From: a bacterium
GTDB lineage: Bacteria > Zhuqueibacterota > Zhuqueibacteria > Zhuqueibacterales > Zhuqueibacteraceae
Assembly: GCA_044869275.1 (NCBI GenBank)
Contig: JBIOXB010000146.1
Coordinates: 1 to 14,999, forward strand
Reading direction: 5' to 3'
Length of the DNA: 14,999 nucleotides
Position numbers and translations under genes: made by a program. Under the pieces are notes generated by a model. It had not been told where the DNA came from. It did no database searches and worked only from the letters and a program-made list of their open reading frames with translations. Positions 8,386-14,999 of this stretch are shown here, piece by piece. The number at the start of each line of letters is the position of its first letter. Positions within the stretch are counted from its first letter, which is position 1.

Positions 8386-8413
8386 TTGACTTTTGGAATG
8401 AGAATCATATTTT
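8386..8413 (+). promoter_or_regulatory. putative promoter for the TrmB-family regulator
   Basis: TTGACT-N16-TATTTT, ending 28 nt before ATG 8442. Confidence 0.5.
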
Positions 8414-8437
8414 AGTAGCTGTAACAACAACCACTAA
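8412..8437. promoter_or_regulatory. imperfect palindromic operator TTAGTAGCTGT-AACA-ACAACCACTAA
   Basis: 11-bp arms with 9/11 complementary positions, covering the predicted transcription start region of the TrmB-family gene. Confidence 0.6.
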
Positions 8438-8441
8438 TTTC

Positions 8442-9305
8442 ATGGAACCGATCGTCGAATTGCTGCAGAAGCTTGGCTTCGGAGAGTATGAAGCACGGGC
8501 TTACGTGGCCTTGCTCCAAAATCAACCGTTGAACGGCTATGAGCTGGCGAAAGCCTCCGGGTTGCCCCGCGCCAATGTTTACAGCGTGCTGCAAAAACTC
8601 GAAGATCGCGGCGCCGTGGCGCGTTTCGAGACTTCTTCAGGAACGCGTTATGCAGCGGTGCCGCCCAAGGAATTGGCCCAAAAGCTGGGCAGCCGTTTTC
8701 ATGAGACGTTGGAAGCCACGCAGCGTTCCTTGGAAAAAATCAGCAGCGCGGTGGCGCACGATTATGTTTGGAATACCAAAGGCTACGCCACGATGCTGGA
8801 AGAAGCCCGGGCCGTTATTGACGCGGCGCAAGAAAATCTGCTGGTGGCATTGTGGCATCATGAAGCGCTGCGCCTGGCCGAGCCTTTACGTCGTGCTGAA
8901 ACGCGCGGCGTTGCGATCACGACATTGTGTTTGGAAGCCTGCCCGCAGCCCTGCGCAGGTTGCCGCGGCCGCGTCTATCGGTATCGTGTCGCATTGGATG
9001 AGTCCGCGCGCTGGCTGGTGTTGATTGCCAACGCGGCGGAAGTTTTTGCGGCTGAGATCGATGCCAGCGAAGCAGCACTGGCGATACGCACGCGGCAACA
9101 ACTGCTGGTGGATTTGGCCGCGTGGTACATTCGTCACAGCATTGCGCTGGCGGCATTGGTCAGCGATCTCGGCGGCAATCTGGAAAACCTGCTCGCGCCT
9201 GAGACGCGTGCCGTGTTGGCCTCGATCAGCATGCAGAAACAAGGCATAGGCTGGCTGGAGCATATGCGCAGCCTGTTGGGTCATCAACGTGATCTTGCCG
9301 AATAG
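8442..9305 (+). CDS. TrmB-family (winged HTH) transcriptional regulator with Cys cluster Cx3Cx3Cx2C, 287 aa
   Basis: N-terminal LQKLGFGEYEARAYVALL...GYELAKASGLPRANVYSVL.KL..RG is a typical TrmB HTH, followed by a coiled linker and an effector domain with CLEACPQPCAGC. Start moved to ATG 8442 because the TrmB domain begins there. Confidence 0.93.
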   Translation: MEPIVELLQKLGFGEYEARAYVALLQNQPLNGYELAKASGLPRANVYSVLQKLEDRGAVARFETSSGTRYAAVPPKELAQKLGSRFHETLEATQRSLEKISSAVAHDYVWNTKGYATMLEEARAVIDAAQENLLVALWHHEALRLAEPLRRAETRGVAITTLCLEACPQPCAGCRGRVYRYRVALDESARWLVLIANAAEVFAAEIDASEAALAIRTRQQLLVDLAAWYIRHSIALAALVSDLGGNLENLLAPETRAVLASISMQKQGIGWLEHMRSLLGHQRDLAE

Positions 9306-9389
9306 TTGCTCTGCTCAAGCTAATCCGGCATAAAGAAAAGCTGTCGCTGGGGAAGAATGAACGAAGAAATTTTGTTTTAGAAATGAGCA

Positions 9390-9422
9390 TGCGGGCCGCA
9401 ATTGTGTCCGCACCTTTTCTTC
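9390..9422 (+). terminator. hairpin with pyrimidine tail between the regulator and the exported-protein gene (possible weak terminator or attenuator)
   Basis: TGCGGGC/GTCCGCA stem (one G-U) followed by CCTTTTCTT. Confidence 0.3.
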
Positions 9423-9451
9423 ATTCCTAATCATTAATCAAGGAGATTGTT

Positions 9452-9859
9452 ATGCGGAGGTACTCACTTCTTCTGATCGCTGCCGTGCTGGCTCTCGCCA
9501 GCATGGCCACGATTCTGTCGGCGCAGGATAAAGCCGCGGCGAAGTCCGAGACCATCACCGGCACGTTGGTCGATCTCAAATGCTATGCCGCGGGTGGATT
9601 CCTCACCAATGATCATGGCGGCATGAAGGGCTGTGGCGCCGCCTGCGCCAAAGGCGGCAATCCCGTAGGTTTGGTGGAGGCCAACAAAAAGGTCCATTTC
9701 CTGGGCGTGGCTTCCCCGGACTATGCCGACTGGGTCGGCATGGAACTGCGTTTGACCGGCAAGCACAATGCGACTGCCAACATCTTTCTGCCCGACAAAG
9801 TGGAAGCTAATGTAGACGGCAAATGGGTGGAAAAGAAAGCAGCCAAAGGCATGATGTAA
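9452..9859 (+). CDS. exported hypothetical protein with G.lvD.kCY...H...C...C..gG.P.gl motif (putative metal-binding beta-rich domain)
   Basis: AAGGAG SD. Signal peptide MRRYSLLLIAAVLALASMATILSA-QD. Candidate ligands Cys44, His55, Met58, Cys61, Cys65. Followed by a terminator. Confidence 0.85.
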   Translation: MRRYSLLLIAAVLALASMATILSAQDKAAAKSETITGTLVDLKCYAAGGFLTNDHGGMKGCGAACAKGGNPVGLVEANKKVHFLGVASPDYADWVGMELRLTGKHNATANIFLPDKVEANVDGKWVEKKAAKGMM

Positions 9860-9890
9860 GCGCTGGAAGGCGGCAGATTTATATCAGCAG

Positions 9891-9917
9891 AAAAGGCGGC
9901 AAAGATGCCGCCTTTTT
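9891..9917 (+). terminator. intrinsic (potentially bidirectional) terminator
   Basis: AAAAGGCGGCA-aaga-TGCCGCCTTTT perfect 11-bp stem with A/T tails on both sides. Confidence 0.85.
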
Positions 9918-9982
9918 CATTTTGACACCGACCTGTACCGCTTTCACCAGAGCCGGCAAGCCCAAGCCGAGGAAAATCTTTA

Positions 9983-10011
9983 TGGCATTCACAAGAAAAA
10001 TATGCTAAATT
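9983..10011 (+). promoter_or_regulatory. putative promoter for the CheB/CheR kinase gene
   Basis: TGGCAT-N17-TAAATT with extended -10 (TGcTAAATT) and an A-rich spacer. Confidence 0.4.
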
Positions 10012-10077
10012 TTGAAAACATGTTGCTGAGCGAGCCGCTGCCCATGCCACCCATTTTGAGATGCTCCGGAGACTGCT

Positions 10078-13000
10078 ATGGCCAAAAAGCAATCAACACA
10101 GAATTCCAGCGCGGCAAGGGTTCGGGCCAGACCGGGTCAGTTGACCGGCAAGAAGGCCAAAGCGAGCACACCGCAGAAGTCCAAGCACTCTGCTGCTCGT
10201 CCGGGTCCGCAACCCGTGGCCGCCAATAAACCTGTCGCGAGCCGCTCCTCCGCGCCTCTGGATATTCCCGTGGTCGGCATCGGCGCTTCTGCCGGCGGGC
10301 TGGAAGCGTTCACGCAGTTGTTGGGATACTTGCCGACGGATACCAACTTGGCGTTCGTGCTGGTGCAACACCTCGATCCCAAGCACGAGAGCATCCTGAC
10401 GGAGCTGCTTGCCCGCGCGACCAAGATGGCGGTGAGCCAGGTGACGGAAGGCATGCCGGTGGAGTCCAACCACATCTACGTCATACCCCCCAACACCAAC
10501 CTGGCGATCGTGCATGGCGTCTTGCAGCTCATGCCGCGCACCGAGACGCGCGGACAACACATGCCCATCGATTATTTTTTGCGCTCGCTGGCCGAGGATC
10601 AGGGCAGCCAAGCGATCGGCGTGATTCTCTCGGGGACCGCTTCCGACGGCGCGCTGGGCCTGGAGGCGATCAAGGCGGAAGGCGGCATTACGTTTGTGCA
10701 GGATGAGCAGTCGGCCAAATACACGGGCATGCCGCGCAGTGCCATCGCCGCCAGCCGTGTCGATTTCATCCTGCCGCCGGAAGGCATTGCCAAGGAGCTG
10801 GCGCGCATCGGCCGCCACCCGTACTTGGTGCGGGTGCATGCCGCCGAAGCGGAGGAGCCCCTGCCCAAGAGCGAAGGGGAGGTTTTCAGCAAGATTTTCG
10901 CTTTGCTGCGCAGCGCCACGGGCGTGGATTTTACGCATTACAAATATAACACCGTCAAACGCCGCATTTTGCGGCGCATGGCGCTGCACAAGCTCGAAAT
11001 GCTGGGGGATTACTTCAAATACCTCCGCGGCAACCGCGCCGAAGCGGAAGCCTTGCAGCAGGAGATTCTCATCAAGGTAACCGGTTTTTTCCGCGATCCC
11101 GGAACCTTTGAAGCCTTGCAGCGCGAAACTTTTCCGGCACTCCTGGCGAATCGCCCTCCCGATGAGCCCATCCGCATTTGGGTGCCGGGATGCGCCACCG
11201 GCGAGGAAGTCTATTCCCTGGCGATGTGCCTGCTGGAATTTTTGGCAGAGCGGAAAACCACGGTCCCGATTCAGATTTTCGCGACGGACATCAGCGAGGC
11301 GGCCTTGGAGAAAGCCCGCACCGGCCTGTACATCGAAAACATCGCCATCGACGTTTCGCCGGAACGGTTGCGCCGCTTCTTCGTCAAGATGGACGGCAGG
11401 TACCAGATCAGCAAATCGATCCGCGAGATGTGCATTTTCGCCCGGCAAAATGTCTTCACAGATCCGCCGTTCTCGCGGCTGGACCTCATTAGCTGCCGCA
11501 ATGTGCTGATCTACCTCGACGCCATGCTGCAAAAGAAAGTCATTCCGATTTTTCATTATGCCCTGAAGCCTGCGGGCATTCTCATGCTGGGTGTTTCCGA
11601 GACCATTGGCACGTTTGCGGATTTGTTTGCGCTGGTGGACAAGAAACATAAAGTCTATGCCAAAAAATCGACCTCGGCGCGGCCAAGCTTTGACTTTGCC
11701 GGCGGTGAGCATCGCATGGAAAAAACGGAGAAGAGCACAGCCTCGGGCCGCCGTGCCGAAGAAAGTTGGGGCGGCTTTGACGTGCAGAAAGAAGCGGATC
11801 GCATTGTGTTGTCACGTTATGCGCCTGCCGGAGTCTTGATCAATGCTGACATGGACATCCTGCAATTCCGCGGCCACACCAGCGCGTATCTCGAGCCGGT
11901 GCCCGGCAAAGCAAGCTTGAACTTGCTGAAGATGGCGCGTGAAGGCTTGCTGCTGGAGCTGCGCACCGCGATTCACAAGGCCCAAAAAGCGAAAGCGACG
12001 GTCAGAAAGGAAGGCATTCAGGCCAAACACAACGGCCATTTCAAAGCAGTGAATATCGAGGTTATTCCGATTACCGGCGCTGCCCCGCGCGAGCGCTACT
12101 ATTTAATCCTGTTCGAAGAGGCCAAGCCGCGCGCAGCCGCGGAGATCAAGAGCAAACGCGCCAAAGCCATCCGCCCCAAGCAAGAGCAGGAGCAGCACCG
12201 GCGCAATGCGCAATTGCAACGGGAATTGGCGGCCACGCGGGAACATTTGCAGTCCATCATCGAGGAGCAGGAAGCTTCCAACGAAGAGCTCAGATCCGCC
12301 AACGAAGAGATCCTGTCGAGCAACGAGGAATTGCAGAGCATCAACGAGGAGATGGAAACCGCCAAAGAAGAGCTGCAATCCGCCAACGAAGAGCTGACCA
12401 CAGTCAACGAGGAGCTGCAAAATCGCAACCTTGAATTGAACCGGCTCAACAACGACCTGGGCAATCTGTTCAGCAGTGTCAACCTGCCGATCGTGATGCT
12501 GGGCAGCGATCTGCGCATCCGGCGGCTGACGCCGATGGCGGAAAAAGCGTTGCACCTGATTCCGGCGGACGTGGGCCGCCCGATCACTGACGTCAAGCTC
12601 TACATCGAGGTGCCGAATTTGGAAGCCTCCATTCTGGAGGTCATTGATATGGTGAGGACGAAAGAATGCGAGGTGCAAGACCGCGAGGGCCGTTGGTATT
12701 CGCTGCGCCTCCGGCCCTACCGCACCACGGACCACAAGATCGACGGTGCGGTGCTGGTTTTTGTCGATATCGAGGCGTTCAAGCGCAATCTCAAGCAGCT
12801 CGAAGAATCGCGGGATTACGCCCGCACGATCGTGGAGACGATTCGGGAGCCCCTCGCCGTTCTCAACGGCGGGTTGCGCGTGCAAACCGCGAATCGCTCT
12901 TTCTATCAAACTTTTCAGGTCACGCCCGAGGAAACCGAGAACAGTTTCATTTATGAGATCGGAAACGGGCAGTGGAACATTCCAGCGTTGCGCAAGCTAT

Positions 13001-14820
13001 TGGAAGAAATCATCCCCCAGAACGGCCAGTTTGAGAACTTCGAGGTCGAGCACGAATTTCCCGTCATTGGGCGCAAGATCATGCTGCTCAATGCCCGGCG
13101 CATTCGGCAAGCGGCGTCCGGCCAGGAGTTGATCCTGCTGGCGATGGAGGACGTCACCGCGCCCAAGCAAATGGCTCAGGCGCTGGCAAAGTCGCGCGAT
13201 TTCCATCTGAAGCTGTTCGAAGAATTTCCGGCTTTGATTTGGCGCTCTGGTGTTGATACCAAATGCAATTACTTCAACCAAAGCTGGCTGCGCTTCACCG
13301 GCAGAACGCTAGAGCAGGAGCGCGGCGAGGGCTGGGTCGAGGGCGTTCATCCGGAGGATCTGAAGCGCTGCGTCGCAACCTACCTGGATTCCTTCCACAG
13401 CCGCCGGCCTTTTGAAATGGAATATCGCCTGCGGCGCTTTGACGGGGAGTATCGCTGGATCGTTGATTTTGGCCGGCCGTACCACGATCTCGAGGAAAAC
13501 TTCGCCGGCTTCCTTGGCGCCTGTTACGACATCACCGAGCGCCAAGACGCAGAAGCACGCATGCGCCGGCACAGCCTGCATTTGCAAATCTTGAATGAGA
13601 TTTCCTCAGGGTTGGCGGCGACCAAGCTCGAGCTGCAGACGATTTTGCAGACCGTCGTGCTCAAAGCGGCGGAATTGATCGGGGACGCCTGCGCCATCAA
13701 CTTATTGTCGCCGGACCAACAGTGGCTCATTCCCGCTGCTTATCATCATCGCAAGCCTGAAGCGTTGGCGCTCATGCGCGAGGTGCTCTCGGGCCAGCGC
13801 CACCACGTCAGCGAGGGCTTGGCCGGCCGTGTGCTGCCGGCGGGCGAAACCATGTTCATGCCCGTGCTGCCGCCGGAGCAGGCGCGCGCCGCGATTAAAC
13901 CCGAGCATCGCACCTATCTCGAGCGCGTCGGCATCAGCAGCGTGCTGATCGTGCCACTGCGCCTGGAAGGCGGCTTAATTGGAACGCTCGGGGTGACGCG
14001 CGACCACGCCGGACAGCCCTACGATGACGATGATCGCATCCTAATGGAAGAGCTGGCCGGCCAAATTGCTTTGGCGATCGAAAACTCCCGTTTGTATGAA
14101 ACCGTGCAACGAGAACTTGCCGAGCGCAAACACGCCGAGGAAGAATTGCGGCGCTCGCGCGAGCAGTTGCGCGACCATTTCGTTCATTTGCAGGCCGCCA
14201 TCGAGCAGGAACGGGCGCGGATTGCGCGGGAGCTGCACGATGAATTGGGCCAGGCGTTGACTGCCGTGAAAATGGACGTCGCCTGGGTGGCCGGCCAAAC
14301 TCCTCCACAGCTCGAGACCATACACCAGAAAACGCTTGCGATCTCACGAAGCCTCGACACTACCATGAAGAGCGTGCAGCGCATTTCCGCGGAGTTGCGG
14401 CCCAACTTATTGGATGACCTCGGCCTTTCCGCCGCCCTGGAATGGCAGGCCGAGGAATTTTGCCGGCGAGCCGGAATCGAGTATGAACTGCTCAGTTCGC
14501 CGGAAGACATTGTGGTTGACCGCGAGCGCTCCACCGTGGTTTTCCGTATCTTCCAGGAAGCGTTGACCAATATTGCACGCCACGCCGAGGCCACACAAAT
14601 CAAAATCAGTTTGACCAAGGCCGAACGCAAGCTCATACTGAAAATCAGGGACAATGGCAAAGGCATTACCTTGGAACAGATTTCCAATCCGCACTCATTT
14701 GGATTGATTGGCATGCGCGAGCGGGTGTATCCTTGGGCCGGCAAGATTATGGTCAAGGGCAGGCAGGGCAAGGGCACCGTAACTCTCGTCAGCATTCCGC
14801 TCGACCCGTCGATTTTGTAG
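10078..14820 (+). CDS. CheB methylesterase-CheR methyltransferase-coiled coil-PAS/PAS/PAS-GAF-HisKA_3-HATPase fusion sensor kinase, 1580 aa
   Basis: CheB: GASAGG (S71), VQH (H98), SGTASDG (D190). CheR: VTGFFRD, WVPGCATGEEVYS, FATDIS, DLISCRNVLIY. EELQS heptads. PAS: FNQSWLRFTG...W...VHPED...DGEYRW. GAF: VPL...LIGTL...LAGQIALAIENSRLY. H-box RIARELHDELGQ (H1387), N-box FQEALTNIARHA, DNGKG, FGLIGMRER. GGAGA SD. Confidence 0.96.
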   Translation: MAKKQSTQNSSAARVRARPGQLTGKKAKASTPQKSKHSAARPGPQPVAANKPVASRSSAPLDIPVVGIGASAGGLEAFTQLLGYLPTDTNLAFVLVQHLDPKHESILTELLARATKMAVSQVTEGMPVESNHIYVIPPNTNLAIVHGVLQLMPRTETRGQHMPIDYFLRSLAEDQGSQAIGVILSGTASDGALGLEAIKAEGGITFVQDEQSAKYTGMPRSAIAASRVDFILPPEGIAKELARIGRHPYLVRVHAAEAEEPLPKSEGEVFSKIFALLRSATGVDFTHYKYNTVKRRILRRMALHKLEMLGDYFKYLRGNRAEAEALQQEILIKVTGFFRDPGTFEALQRETFPALLANRPPDEPIRIWVPGCATGEEVYSLAMCLLEFLAERKTTVPIQIFATDISEAALEKARTGLYIENIAIDVSPERLRRFFVKMDGRYQISKSIREMCIFARQNVFTDPPFSRLDLISCRNVLIYLDAMLQKKVIPIFHYALKPAGILMLGVSETIGTFADLFALVDKKHKVYAKKSTSARPSFDFAGGEHRMEKTEKSTASGRRAEESWGGFDVQKEADRIVLSRYAPAGVLINADMDILQFRGHTSAYLEPVPGKASLNLLKMAREGLLLELRTAIHKAQKAKATVRKEGIQAKHNGHFKAVNIEVIPITGAAPRERYYLILFEEAKPRAAAEIKSKRAKAIRPKQEQEQHRRNAQLQRELAATREHLQSIIEEQEASNEELRSANEEILSSNEELQSINEEMETAKEELQSANEELTTVNEELQNRNLELNRLNNDLGNLFSSVNLPIVMLGSDLRIRRLTPMAEKALHLIPADVGRPITDVKLYIEVPNLEASILEVIDMVRTKECEVQDREGRWYSLRLRPYRTTDHKIDGAVLVFVDIEAFKRNLKQLEESRDYARTIVETIREPLAVLNGGLRVQTANRSFYQTFQVTPEETENSFIYEIGNGQWNIPALRKLLEEIIPQNGQFENFEVEHEFPVIGRKIMLLNARRIRQAASGQELILLAMEDVTAPKQMAQALAKSRDFHLKLFEEFPALIWRSGVDTKCNYFNQSWLRFTGRTLEQERGEGWVEGVHPEDLKRCVATYLDSFHSRRPFEMEYRLRRFDGEYRWIVDFGRPYHDLEENFAGFLGACYDITERQDAEARMRRHSLHLQILNEISSGLAATKLELQTILQTVVLKAAELIGDACAINLLSPDQQWLIPAAYHHRKPEALALMREVLSGQRHHVSEGLAGRVLPAGETMFMPVLPPEQARAAIKPEHRTYLERVGISSVLIVPLRLEGGLIGTLGVTRDHAGQPYDDDDRILMEELAGQIALAIENSRLYETVQRELAERKHAEEELRRSREQLRDHFVHLQAAIEQERARIARELHDELGQALTAVKMDVAWVAGQTPPQLETIHQKTLAISRSLDTTMKSVQRISAELRPNLLDDLGLSAALEWQAEEFCRRAGIEYELLSSPEDIVVDRERSTVVFRIFQEALTNIARHAEATQIKISLTKAERKLILKIRDNGKGITLEQISNPHSFGLIGMRERVYPWAGKIMVKGRQGKGTVTLVSIPLDPSIL
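12253..12420 (+). repeat. eight degenerate 21-nt (heptad) tandem repeats encoding [ST]xNEE[LIM]x
   Basis: SIIEEQE/ASNEELR/SANEEIL/SSNEELQ/SINEEME/TAKEELQ/SANEELT/TVNEELQ read directly from the sequence. Confidence 0.85.
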
Positions 14821-14918
14821 GACTTAAACTGACGCATTAAAGCGCTCTCGTCTTACGGGCAAAACGGCCTGCATCTGCCCGCAAAAGACGCGGCGTGTCG
14901 TTACATTCTTCCGTGACT

Positions 14919-14995
14919 ATTGTCCGGATGCGCTTATTCCTTCGCGCGGCTATATCAGTTGGCGGGCACAGCGCGAAGGGAGGCGCCCGGACAAT
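14919..14995. other. long imperfect inverted repeat / stem-loop
   Basis: ATTGTCCGG (14919-27) pairs with CCGGACAAT (14987-95), GCGC with GCGC, and CCTTCGCGC (14939-47) with GCGCGAAGG (14971-79), around a 23-nt loop. Confidence 0.7.
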
Positions 14996-14999
14996 TTTG

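Noticed and set aside
8316..8441. N-terminal extension of the TrmB ORF from TTG 8316
   Set aside because: It runs through the AT-rich promoter and operator. The TrmB domain starts right after ATG 8442.
10093..11712. 539-aa antisense ORF and other long reverse/alternate-frame ORFs within the kinase, ffh, pepA, trmD and rimM genes
   Set aside because: Shadow ORFs expected from GC-rich codon usage. They have no recognisable motifs and fully overlap well-supported genes.
12253..12420. 21-nt periodic repeat as a CRISPR array or VNTR
   Set aside because: In frame, degenerate at synonymous positions and without unique spacers. It encodes a coiled coil.
14856..14890. GGGCAAA...CGCAAA resembling a c-di-GMP-I riboswitch
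   Set aside because: No GNRA (GAAA) tetraloop hairpin, no GGGACGCAAAGC and no downstream receptor stem. The sequence folds as a simple hairpin instead.

Overview
GC-rich bacterial chromosomal window. The lineage is unassigned; the long charged S16 tail and general style suggest an FCB-group or candidate-phylum organism such as KSB1, which is an inference only. The left two-thirds (minus strand) is mostly housekeeping: an M17 leucyl aminopeptidase (pepA), then ffh-rpsP-khpA-rimM-trmD-rplS with an intrinsic terminator, then a stand-alone receiver protein and a zinc-ribbon/YIP1 + DUF2752 membrane gene pair. Diverging from pepA on the plus strand is an accessory signalling block with three genes: a TrmB-family regulator carrying a Cx3Cx3Cx2C cluster with a palindromic operator-like site in its own promoter, a small exported 3Cys/His/Met protein with a terminator, and a 1580-aa CheB-CheR-coiled coil-PAS x3-GAF-HisKA_3-HATPase fusion kinase. 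The best candidates for something undescribed are (i) the Cys-TrmB + operator + exported Cys/His protein module (putative metal/redox/NO sensing), (ii) a 364-nt structured spacer between rpsP and khpA with an anti-SD element, and (iii) the possibly self-methylating NarX-type kinase. No rRNA, tRNA, CRISPR array or transposase was seen.
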